From contig NZ_JAQNDL010000001.1 in the NCBI RefSeq assembly GCF_028368995.1, positions 2,592,001 to 2,656,000 on the forward strand: DNA of 64,000 bases, in the 5' to 3' direction. How positions within the stretch are numbered: position 1 is the first letter of the stretch; each line of letters starts with the position of its first letter. Both the position numbers and the translations under genes were made by a program. The DNA comes from Nannocystis bainbridge (lineage in GTDB: Bacteria; Myxococcota_A; Polyangia; Nannocystales; Nannocystaceae). This document shows, piece after piece, positions 19,862-28,328 of this stretch. Below the pieces are notes generated by a model, which was not told the origin of the DNA, searched no databases, and was given only the letters and a program-made list of their open reading frames with translations.

Positions 19862-20049
19862 GCCGCCGCGCGCCGCTGCTCGCCTGCGCCTCGCTGGCGA
19901 CGACGGCCTCGATCGCCACCCCGCGCTCGGCCTCGCGCTCGCCACGTCCGCCACATCGAAGTCGGCGACGTGTACGATCCAGCCGGCCAGTGATGCACCG
20001 GTCGCAGCGGCGGCTTCGACCTCGACGCGCTGGCCGCCGTGCACGCGCC

Positions 20050-20616
20050 ATGAGCTTCCACCTCTACAACCGACACGCCCAGGCCCACGTCGGCAAGCGC
20101 TTCCCCGGCGCCACCGTCCTCGACCTGACCTCGCGCGGACCTGACCCATGGGTCAGGTTCAGCCCCTTCTACCCGCACGGCGCCATCCCCTTGCCGTTCA
20201 CCCCTGGCCGCACCGCCGCCTCGGTCGAGGGCGTGTGGCAGGCGCTCAAGGTGTTCGCCACCGAGGACGTCGACCCGAGCAAGCTCGACGTCACCGCCAT
20301 GAAGGGCCTCAAGCGCACCGTGCGGCGCCTGGGCGCCTGCCTCGGCCACCGCGACGGCCTCGGCGGCGCGCGCCTGCTGGCGTACGGCGAGGCGCGCCGG
20401 CAGATCTACCTGCCCACCTACCGCTGGGTCCTGGACCATCACCTCGGCGCCGAGCTCGCCGAACTGCGCCGCCTCGGCGCCGAGGGCCCGGTCGTCCTGC
20501 TCGACTACGAGACCAACCCCGACCCCGACGACCTCAGCCGCCCGCTGTCCCACGTCGGCCTGGTCATCCACCTGCTCCAAGGGACATGGCCGCAAGAACC
20601 TGTCCCTTCCGCCTGA
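20050..20616 (+). CDS. DUF6939-like (NADAR-like) protein
   Basis: DLTSRGPDPWVRFSPFYPHG, SVEGVWQALKVF, ARRQIYLPTYRW, LLDYETN. Confidence 0.75.
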   Translation: MSFHLYNRHAQAHVGKRFPGATVLDLTSRGPDPWVRFSPFYPHGAIPLPFTPGRTAASVEGVWQALKVFATEDVDPSKLDVTAMKGLKRTVRRLGACLGHRDGLGGARLLAYGEARRQIYLPTYRWVLDHHLGAELAELRRLGAEGPVVLLDYETNPDPDDLSRPLSHVGLVIHLLQGTWPQEPVPSA

Positions 20617-20689
20617 ATTTTCGGATGGGCATGCCGCGTGAGAGCGCGGCGTCCTCGTCAGCTCCCTGGCCGATCGCGCAGCCCCTCCG

Positions 20690-20914
20690 CTAGCTGCGGC
20701 TGCGCAGGCGCTCGAGCGCCTGGACCAGCGACTCGAACGCCACCCGCTCGGCCTCCGTCCGCGACAGCTCGCCGTCGACCTCGCAGATGGCAGCGCGCTC
20801 GTCGAAGCGCAGCCGCAGGTCGTCGCGCGTCGCGTCGTCCCGCACCTGCGCCAGCAGCGTCGCCGCCTGCCGAGCCCACCGGCTCGGCCCCGTCCCCGCA
20901 CTCACGGCCTTCAC
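20690..20914 (-). CDS. Small protein with ERAAIxExDG motif
   Basis: GTG 20914 after AGAGGGG; FDERAAICEVDGELSRTEAERVA. Confidence 0.6.
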   Translation of the reverse strand: MKAVSAGTGPSRWARQAATLLAQVRDDATRDDLRLRFDERAAICEVDGELSRTEAERVAFESLVQALERLRSRS

Positions 20915-21334
20915 GTCCCCTCTATGCCCCAGCCCTCGCCGGCCCGCCACGCGCCCTTCCGCGCGGCGCACATTCGCCCGGCGCGACCGTGCGCATCACA
21001 TGTCCTTCAAGACATGTTCATGGGCGATTGCGCCCCGCTCCGCCCGGTTCGGAGATCGACCTGGCGGAAAGGACAGCACCCGATCTTCACTACTTCACGA
21101 TTTAAACATGTCCTCAAAGACATGTAAACCGTCCAAGCGGCGGCATCTTCGTCAGCTCGAGCAGCATCGCGACAGCGACACCAGCCCTGCAGGCCGATCG
21201 TCACCCGCAGGCGGGTGAGCGGTCACGCTCTTGGCGCGTCGGAGATCATGTCCCTTGGGACATGCCGTCCCACCGCGCCCCGAATCCGCTGCGTCAACAT
21301 GCGAGCCAGCGGCAGCGTGCCACCGGCGCGAGCA

Positions 21335-22318
21335 TCACGGCAGCGGCCCCTCGCAGATGAACTTGAAGCTGTGGTCGCACATGTGATCGGCCCACTTGCC
21401 CTTCTCACCGGGGTAACCGAACACGCCGTCGCTGTCGAGCACCAGCATGCAGTCCGCGTTCTCCCACAGCAGCCACTCTTGATTGTTGGGCTCGTTGTTG
21501 CCCCACCCGTCGCCGGCCACGGCGGTGCCGTCGGACACCCACTTGAAGGTGCCCTCGGTCTCGCGATCGTTGCCGCCGAGCCACCACTGATTGGTGTTGC
21601 CCATCTCCTGCAGGAAGAAGTCGTGCTCGGCCCCGCCGTCGTCCTTGGCCAGGTGCAGCCCGTCCGCCACGCAGAACGCTTCGGCGTCCAGCCAATTTTT
21701 CCCCTCGGTGCAGAAGTAATAGAGCCGATCTTCACGCACGCGGAAGCGACACTTCTTGCACTCGTTGTTGTTGTGCTCGGGCTCGAACTCGTCGAACGAC
21801 CCGTCGCAATCGTTGTCGATCCCGTCGCACATCTCCTCGATCCCCGGATGCGCGTTGGCCGACATGTCATTGCAATCGGTGTTGTCCGGCACCCAGCCTT
21901 GCTCGCCCTCGCAGACCAGCATCGGCATGTTCGGGTCGCCGTAGTTGTCGTTGTCGAAGTCCTTGTAGGCCATCACCAGCGGGCAGCCGGTCGTGCCTGG
22001 CCCGGTCGTGCTGCTCACCGGCTCCGTCGTGGTGTCGGGCTCGGTCGTCGAGGTCGTCGCCGTCGTCGTCGTCGCCGGCATCGATGTCGGATCGCCGCTC
22101 GGATCGCCGGTGCCCTCGCTCATCGACTCCGAGCCCGACACGCCGAGCGTCGTCTCGCTCGTGTCCGTCGGCCCGTCCTCGCTCGTCGGCGCCGGCCCGG
22201 TCGTCGTCCCCGAGGAGGTCGGTCCGGCCCCGCCGCTCGTCTCCGGCGTCTCGCCCAGCCCCGAGGCATCGAACGTGCAGCCCGCGAGCGCGACCACCAG
22301 GACTCCGACCCTTCGCAT
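21335..22318 (-). CDS. Lipoprotein with Thr-rich linker, MopE-type Cys/Asp repeat and C-type lectin domain
   Basis: LAGC lipobox; DCND..AHPG..EMCDGIDNDCDG; WLDAEAFC, WLGGND..EGTFKW, EPNN, KWADHMC...FICE. Confidence 0.9.
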   Translation of the reverse strand: MRRVGVLVVALAGCTFDASGLGETPETSGGAGPTSSGTTTGPAPTSEDGPTDTSETTLGVSGSESMSEGTGDPSGDPTSMPATTTTATTSTTEPDTTTEPVSSTTGPGTTGCPLVMAYKDFDNDNYGDPNMPMLVCEGEQGWVPDNTDCNDMSANAHPGIEEMCDGIDNDCDGSFDEFEPEHNNNECKKCRFRVREDRLYYFCTEGKNWLDAEAFCVADGLHLAKDDGGAEHDFFLQEMGNTNQWWLGGNDRETEGTFKWVSDGTAVAGDGWGNNEPNNQEWLLWENADCMLVLDSDGVFGYPGEKGKWADHMCDHSFKFICEGPLP

Positions 22319-22422
22319 CGCCGAGCACTCTAGCTGGAACCCCGACTTCGCGGGCCGCCTGCACCCGCCGAAGCCTCACGCGCGCGAGCGCGAGCGCGCG
22401 CCGGCTTTGATACACTCGCGAC

Positions 22423-23058
22423 ATGCGCACGCGCTTCGCCTCCATGCTCGCAGCCCTGCTCGCTTGCACGCCCGTAACGGCCGACGCGCCGCCCAGCCAA
22501 CCGCCCGCGCCGGGCTTGCCCGCGACCTCGGCCCCGCCTCCGACCACGCCGGCGCCGGCCCCACAGCCCGCGCCGGCTTCGCTCGAAGAGCGCAACGTCT
22601 CCACGTCGGCGGGCACGGCCGGCGGCGTGACCGTGCTGTGGCCGCGCATCATCCCGCGGGAGATCGTCGACGACAACCGCGGCCTCGCCTCGGCGCTGCA
22701 GCAGCAGATGCAGCGCATCGTCGAGAAGCACCTGCCGGGCCGCCCGATCGATTTCCGCCCCGAGCCCGAGCGCGTGTGCCCCAAGGATGGCTGCGCCGGC
22801 GTGTCGGTCGGTCTGCTGCTCTCGCGCCAGGGCCAGGGCTGCCTGGTCATCGCCCTGATCTCCCGCCCCGGTGTGTCGCCGACCAAGATCGTCCCCTGGG
22901 TCGGCAAGGTCCAGCTCCGCGCCGACACCGTCGGCTTCCGCGAGTGGCCCGAGTCGCAGATCACCGTCGACGACTACGTCCCCTGCAACTCGCTGCTCAC
23001 GACGATGGACGCGCAGGAGCCCGCGATCGCAGCGGCGCTGCAGGCCGCCGCGCAGTAA
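22423..23058 (+). CDS. Hypothetical lipoprotein
   Basis: LLAC lipobox, Pro-rich linker, globular domain with 4 Cys. Confidence 0.75.
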   Translation: MRTRFASMLAALLACTPVTADAPPSQPPAPGLPATSAPPPTTPAPAPQPAPASLEERNVSTSAGTAGGVTVLWPRIIPREIVDDNRGLASALQQQMQRIVEKHLPGRPIDFRPEPERVCPKDGCAGVSVGLLLSRQGQGCLVIALISRPGVSPTKIVPWVGKVQLRADTVGFREWPESQITVDDYVPCNSLLTTMDAQEPAIAAALQAAAQ

Positions 23059-23322
23059 GCTCGGTCATCCAGGCCAATATATGTCCCGAGGGACAGGCGC
23101 CGCCGCGCGGGCGACCTGTCCTTCGAGACATCACCAGCCGCGCCATCCGCCGCATGTCCCTCGGGACACTTTTATTCGAGTCGCCGCGGCTCGCCCCCGA
23201 GAGCCCCGGCGTGCTCGGCAGGCCGCTGCGGCCCTGCGCTGGCCCCGGCGGCCCCGCGGACGGGGTTCGCCGGCCGCCCGCTGTAGCCGGCGCGACAACG
23301 TGCCACACTCGCCCGCGCCCGC

Positions 23323-25026
23323 ATGTCGCCCCTCGAGCCCAAGCGCCGCGCGCTCCTGCGCTGGACCGTCGGCTACACGCGCCCTGACTTCACCGCCGAC
23401 CTGCTGGCGGGCGCGACCACGGCGGTGCTGCTCGTGCCGCAGGCGATGGCTTACGCCATGCTCGCCGGCCTGCCGCCGATCGCTGGCCTCTACGCCGCCC
23501 TCGCCCCGCCGCTCGTCTACGCCGTGCTCGGCACCTCGCGGCGGCTCGCGGTCGGCCCCGTCGCGCTCGACTCGCTGCTCACCGCCGCCGCTCTTGCTCC
23601 GCTGGCTGGCGGCGACCTCGGCACCTACGTGGCCGCGGCCGCCGCCCTGGCGATCCTCGCTGGCAGCTTCCAGGCGCTGACCGGCGCCCTGCGCCTCGGC
23701 TTCGTCGTCAACTTCCTCTCGCTGCCGGTGCTGCGCGGCTTCACCTCGGCCGCCGCGATCCTCATCATCGCCAGCCAGCTCGGCTCGTTGCTCGGGCTGC
23801 GGCTGCCGAGCAGCGCCGCCATGTGGCCGCTGCTCGTCGCCCTCGCCGAGCAGTTGCGGGCCGTGCACCTGCCGACCGTCGCCCTCGGCCTCGGCGCCGT
23901 GCTCACCCTCGTCGCCCTCGGCAATTTCCGCGGCAAGGCCCTGCTCGTGGTCGTGCTCGCCACCGTCGCCGGGCACCTGTTTGCCCTCGACGACCGCGGC
24001 CTCGCCCTGCTCGGTCCGGTGCCCTCGGGCCTGCCCGTGCCGACGTGGCCCGCCGTCGACGGCGAGTTGCTGCTCGCCCTCGCCCCCGCGGCCGCGCTGA
24101 TCGCCCTCATCTCGTTCATGGAGGCGTTCTCGTCCGGTCTCGCCGTCGCGCGCCGCGGCGAGGTCGTCGAGCCCGACCAGGAGCTGCTCGCGCTCGGCTT
24201 CGCCAACATCGCCGCCGGCCTCGTGCGCGGCTACCCGATCGCCGGCGGCCTGTCGCGCACCGCCGTCAACGCCCAGGCCGGCGCTCGCAGCCCGCTCGCC
24301 GGCGTCGTCACGGCCGCGATCGTCGCCCTCACCCTCGCGCTGTTCGCCCCGCTGCTCGCCACGCTGCCGCGCGCCGTGCTGTCGGCGATCATCGTCGTCG
24401 CCGTCGCGCGCCTGGTCGACGTCGCGTTCGTCCGTCAGCTCCGGCGCACTCGCCCCCGCGAGCTCCTGCCGCTGGCGATCACCTTCGCCACCACCCTCGC
24501 GCTCGGCGTCGGCCTCGGCCTCGCGTTCGGCGTCGGCGCCTCGCTGCTGCTGTTCGTGCTCCGCACCACCCGCCCGCACACCGCCTTGCTCGGCCGCCTG
24601 CCGGGCACGCAGGTCTACCGCAACGTCCTCCGCTTCCCCGACGCCGAGACCGTGCGCGGGGTCGTGATCATCCGCCTCGACGCGCCGCTGTACTTCGCCA
24701 ACGCGACCTACCTGATCGACGAGATCCGGCGCCGGATCGCCGCCGAGCGCGCGCGCGCGGTGGTGATCGACGCCGGCGGCGTGCACGACATCGACGTCTC
24801 GGCGCTCGCCAACCTGCGCGAGTTCCTCGGCGAGCTGCGCCAGCACGGCATCGACCTGTACTTCGCCGACCTCAAGGGCCCCGTGCGCGACGTCCTGGCC
24901 CGCAGCGGCCTCACGGCGGAGCTCGGCCCCGACCGCTTCAGCTTCACCACCCACGAGGCGGTCCAGCGCGCCAGCGACGGCCTCGCCGCCTCGCCCGATC
25001 CAAGGGCGACGCAAGCCTGGCCGTGA
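23323..25026 (+). CDS. sulP: SulP family anion permease with STAS domain
   Basis: VPQAMAYAMLAGLPPIAGLY, GGLSRTAVN, LYFANA, DIDVSA. Confidence 0.95.
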   Translation: MSPLEPKRRALLRWTVGYTRPDFTADLLAGATTAVLLVPQAMAYAMLAGLPPIAGLYAALAPPLVYAVLGTSRRLAVGPVALDSLLTAAALAPLAGGDLGTYVAAAAALAILAGSFQALTGALRLGFVVNFLSLPVLRGFTSAAAILIIASQLGSLLGLRLPSSAAMWPLLVALAEQLRAVHLPTVALGLGAVLTLVALGNFRGKALLVVVLATVAGHLFALDDRGLALLGPVPSGLPVPTWPAVDGELLLALAPAAALIALISFMEAFSSGLAVARRGEVVEPDQELLALGFANIAAGLVRGYPIAGGLSRTAVNAQAGARSPLAGVVTAAIVALTLALFAPLLATLPRAVLSAIIVVAVARLVDVAFVRQLRRTRPRELLPLAITFATTLALGVGLGLAFGVGASLLLFVLRTTRPHTALLGRLPGTQVYRNVLRFPDAETVRGVVIIRLDAPLYFANATYLIDEIRRRIAAERARAVVIDAGGVHDIDVSALANLREFLGELRQHGIDLYFADLKGPVRDVLARSGLTAELGPDRFSFTTHEAVQRASDGLAASPDPRATQAWP

Positions 25027-25094
25027 CATGTCTACGAAGACATGCTCCTAAGAGCATATCCTCAAGAACATGTCCCTCGTGACATGTCTCAAAG
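25025..25094. repeat. 14-bp-phased GACATGTC-type array (5 units)
   Basis: gacatgtctacgaa/gacatgctcctaag/agcatatcctcaag/aacatgtccctcgt/gacatgtctcaaag. Confidence 0.9.
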
Positions 25095-25214
25095 AATGAG
25101 ACCGTCTGCGTCCCCGAGCCGCGGACTCCTCGTCGCTCTCCGGAGTTGCAACGCGTCGTCCGCGTCGCGCACGAGCCGCCGCGCGAGGCCTCGCGCGACG
25201 GCCCGTCGCTCCTC

Positions 25215-26018
25215 TCAACCGCGACCGAGCGCGCGGCGGATCGCCGCCTCGACCGGCACGTAGTCGCCGTCCGCCCGCTCGAGCTGGAACGGCTCGCGCG
25301 GCAACAGGGGTGGCTGCGCGAGGAATCGCGGCCGCGCCCCGCGGTGAGGCTGCGCCGAGTGGACCAGGAACGGGTGGCACAGGTACACCGTCCCGGCAGC
25401 GCCGACCGCCAGCGCCTCGGGCAGATGCGCCGACCCGGCGAACCCGTCGGCCGCGAGCTCGCCCAGGCTCAGCCCCGCCTCGCCGGCCGGCGCCAGTTGC
25501 TGCGCGATCGCCAGGTGCGAGCCGACCCGGATCCGCGTCGGCGCGTCGTCCTCGCCGACGTCGGAGAACAGGAACAACATCAGCAGCGCGCGCCCCTTCG
25601 AGGCGATGTTGGTGCGCCAGGCCATGAAGTCCGGGTTCGCGAGGCCGAAGCTGGCGTCGACGTGCCAGCCCGCGTCGCCTGGATCGGTCGGCGACGGGAA
25701 GCGCACCGGGAACGTGCCGAGCATCCCGCAGGGCGACCAGCGACCGCGCCCGACCAGCCGGTCGAAGGCGTCGCGCAGCACCGCCGTGTTCGCGGCGGCG
25801 ACGAACGGCGGCTGACCGTACATGCCGAGCCGGATCACCGGCCGCGACCAGGTCGTGGGGTCGTCGGGGTCGCAGCCGGTGTCGCGCCAGAGGATCGCGC
25901 GGGCCTCGTCGGCGAGCTCGTGCGGGAAGGCGTGGTCGATGCGGACGAAGCCGTCGCTGATGAATTTCTCGATGTCCGCGTCGCCGAGCGCGCGGAAGGA
26001 ATTGTCGTGGGCAGTCAT
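25215..26018 (-). CDS. Phytanoyl-CoA dioxygenase family (Fe/2OG) protein
   Basis: FISDGFVRI, GWHVD (HxD), GTVYLCHPFLVHSAQ. Confidence 0.9.
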   Translation of the reverse strand: MTAHDNSFRALGDADIEKFISDGFVRIDHAFPHELADEARAILWRDTGCDPDDPTTWSRPVIRLGMYGQPPFVAAANTAVLRDAFDRLVGRGRWSPCGMLGTFPVRFPSPTDPGDAGWHVDASFGLANPDFMAWRTNIASKGRALLMLFLFSDVGEDDAPTRIRVGSHLAIAQQLAPAGEAGLSLGELAADGFAGSAHLPEALAVGAAGTVYLCHPFLVHSAQPHRGARPRFLAQPPLLPREPFQLERADGDYVPVEAAIRRALGRG

Positions 26019-26118
26019 GTGAAGTCTCTCCGATCGCGCCGACCCGCCGCGCCGCGGGGCGCGTGAGGGCCGGCAGTTCAGCCGTGGGCGCCGGGCGCCC
26101 GGTTCGAAGCGAGGGGCT

Positions 26119-26163
26119 TCAAACGCCTTGGAAGAAGGCCGAAGCGATCGTGAACATCATCAT
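26119..26163 (-). other. Putative 14-aa leader peptide MMMFTIASAFFQGV
   Basis: Short uORF 100 bp upstream of the dioxygenase, followed by GC hairpins. Confidence 0.4.
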
Positions 26164-26564
26164 GTCGCGTCCACCCTAGCCGACCCGGGCCCGCGGTTCA
26201 AGCCGCCGCCGCGGTCGTCGAACTTCATGTCTCATGGGACATGTTTTAGTTCGGCACCTCTCCCGCGAGCAGGCGCGCACGGCGACGAGAATGTCGGATG
26301 GGACATGTCCCGTCGACCATCCCATGTTTCGGCGAACGGCACCGGCCCACCCCGCGAGGACCTGCCCACCGCCGCGTCCGCTCGCCGCCGACGGCATGAA
26401 AGCGAGCGCCTCGTCCCCGCCCAATCGCGCGCCAGCGCCCGCGGCGACGACCTCGCGCAAAACGCCCTCCAGCGGCCCCGGCGGGCGCCTCCCCGCCGGT
26501 TCGGATGGTCCGCTCCAGATAACGCAGCTCGCGTATACGAGCCCTGCAACCCCGGGCGAACACC

Positions 26565-26984
26565 ATGGCCTTCGACAGCGACACCCTCAACTCGATCTAC
26601 GCGTCCACTCAGGGCTTCTGTCATCGTTGCCGCCGCAAGCTCGCGTTCTCGCGGTTCGGTTGCGACGACGGTCGCGGCGCCTGGGACATCGACGCCGTCC
26701 GTCCGCACCCCAAGGTCACCGCCTTGCTGCCGGGCTGCCTGCGCTGCGTGCAGAAGCCGACCCCACGGCGCGTGCCGAGGCGAACCTCCGCACCGGCGCC
26801 CGCGGTCGTCGTCGACAAAAAGCCGGCCGCGAGCGAACCCCATGGCGAGCCGCCCGGGACCTCCGACGAGCCGCCGATCGGCGACACCGCCCTCGTCGGC
26901 GGCGCCGCCGGGGCCGTGCTCGGCGGCCTGTGGGGCGCCGTGCTCGGCGGCCTCATCGCCATCGGCCTCCAGCTGTGGGGCTGA
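26565..26984 (+). CDS. Degenerate HNH-like zinc-binding domain plus C-terminal glycine-zipper TM
   Basis: GFCHRCRRKL...GAWDID...CLRC; GGAAGAVLGGLWGAVLGGLI. Confidence 0.7.
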   Translation: MAFDSDTLNSIYASTQGFCHRCRRKLAFSRFGCDDGRGAWDIDAVRPHPKVTALLPGCLRCVQKPTPRRVPRRTSAPAPAVVVDKKPAASEPHGEPPGTSDEPPIGDTALVGGAAGAVLGGLWGAVLGGLIAIGLQLWG

Positions 26985-27028
26985 TTTTTAAAGACATGGC
27001 TTGAAGGACATATCGCTTATCTGACCTG

Positions 27029-27063
27029 ACCCGTGCGAGCTCGGCACCCGAGCTCGCACGGGT
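27029..27063. terminator. Perfect 16-bp hairpin between convergent genes
   Basis: ACCCGTGCGAGCTCGG-cac-CCGAGCTCGCACGGGT. Confidence 0.7.
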
Positions 27064-27091
27064 TCCTTGCGCTCGACCGACGAGCGGTCGC

Positions 27092-27457
27092 TCAGCCGGG
27101 CACGAACTCGAACGGGTAGCTCACCTGCACCCAGCCGTCGCTGGACGCCGGGAACTTCCACGTCTGCACGGCCGCCGCCACGCAGCTCTCGACCTTCGCG
27201 TCGGCGATCGTCGAGCCTTGCTGGATCTGGCTACTGCTGACCTCCCCGCTGGGGACGATCTCGAAGTCCACCGTCAGCTTGCCGGCCAGCGTCGGTTTGC
27301 GCGCCAGGCCCTCGTCATAACATTGGCGGACCTCCTGGAGGTGCGTTTGCACGACCTCGCGGATCTCCTCCTTGTCGAGCGGGACGCCGCCGGCCTGGGC
27401 CGGGCCCGTCGCCGTCACGATCGTGGTGATGAGCCCTGCTGAAAACAATCTGCGCAT
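27092..27457 (-). CDS. AgmX/PglI C-terminal (TonB-C-like) domain secreted protein
   Basis: Signal peptide; IREVV..VRQCY..GL..PTLAGKLTVDF...C...WKFP...VSYPF. Confidence 0.88.
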   Translation of the reverse strand: MRRLFSAGLITTIVTATGPAQAGGVPLDKEEIREVVQTHLQEVRQCYDEGLARKPTLAGKLTVDFEIVPSGEVSSSQIQQGSTIADAKVESCVAAAVQTWKFPASSDGWVQVSYPFEFVPG

Positions 27458-27716
27458 GATGTCGTGTCTCCTGTTCGCTCCGTCTCACGAGCCCGCGAGC
27501 GCGGAGTTCCCGGGCCTGTGATCTTGTCGCCTGCCTCGATCCGCCGACGCCCGCGACTTACGAGACCCGCGGGTCGACGCGCATCTCCGGAGATCGTCAG
27601 CGGCTCGGGGCCACGGGCGCACGCGCGCATGGCCCTGGAACCCCGCCAAACAGCCCTTCTCGTGCTTTTTTGCGCCGATCGGGAACCCGCGGCGGCCCCG
27701 CCCGTGACACCCTCCC

Positions 27717-28328
27717 GTGACCGCCCTCGCCTCGCGGGACCCTGACGCCGTGCAGCCCCGACCACCGCCCGACGAGCTCGACGAACTCACCCTGGCCCGC
27801 GCGCAGCGGGGTGACGCGAGGGCGCGCAGGGACCTCGTGGTGCGCTACCAGCGGCCGGTGTTCGCCCTGCTGTCGCGCATGCTGCACGGGCGAGCCGCCG
27901 CGCCGCTGGTCGAGGACCTGGCCCAGGAGACCTTCTTGCGGGTGTTTCGCGCCCTCGAGGGCTTCGATCGCCGCGGCCCGGCGCGGCTCTCGACCTGGAT
28001 CTTGACGATCGCCAGCCGGCTGGCGATCGACGAATTGCGGCGGCGCCGGCCCGAGGTCGCCCCGATCGATCCGTCCGCCGAGCCTGCGGGCCACGCCGCC
28101 GCCGACGCCGACGCCGAGCGCGTGCGTCTGGCCGCTGCCCTGCAGCACGCGATCGACGATCTGTCCCCCGAGTTCCGCGCCGCCTTTATGCTGCGCGAGT
28201 ACCACGAGCTCGAATACTCCGAGATCGCCGACAACCTGCAGGTCGATCTCGGCACCGTGAAGTCTCGACTGTCTCGCGCTCGCGCCGCCCTGCGCCGCGC
28301 CCTGGAGGAGGTGTACCGTGCACGATGA
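27717..28328 (+). CDS. ECF RNA polymerase sigma factor
   Basis: EDLAQETFLR, LSTWILTIA, YSEIA...GTVKSRLSRAR. Confidence 0.95.
   Translation: MTALASRDPDAVQPRPPPDELDELTLARAQRGDARARRDLVVRYQRPVFALLSRMLHGRAAAPLVEDLAQETFLRVFRALEGFDRRGPARLSTWILTIASRLAIDELRRRRPEVAPIDPSAEPAGHAAADADAERVRLAAALQHAIDDLSPEFRAAFMLREYHELEYSEIADNLQVDLGTVKSRLSRARAALRRALEEVYRAR

Noticed and set aside
26095-26125. tRNA-like GGTTCGAA
   Set aside because: No cloverleaf, acceptor stem or CCA in context.
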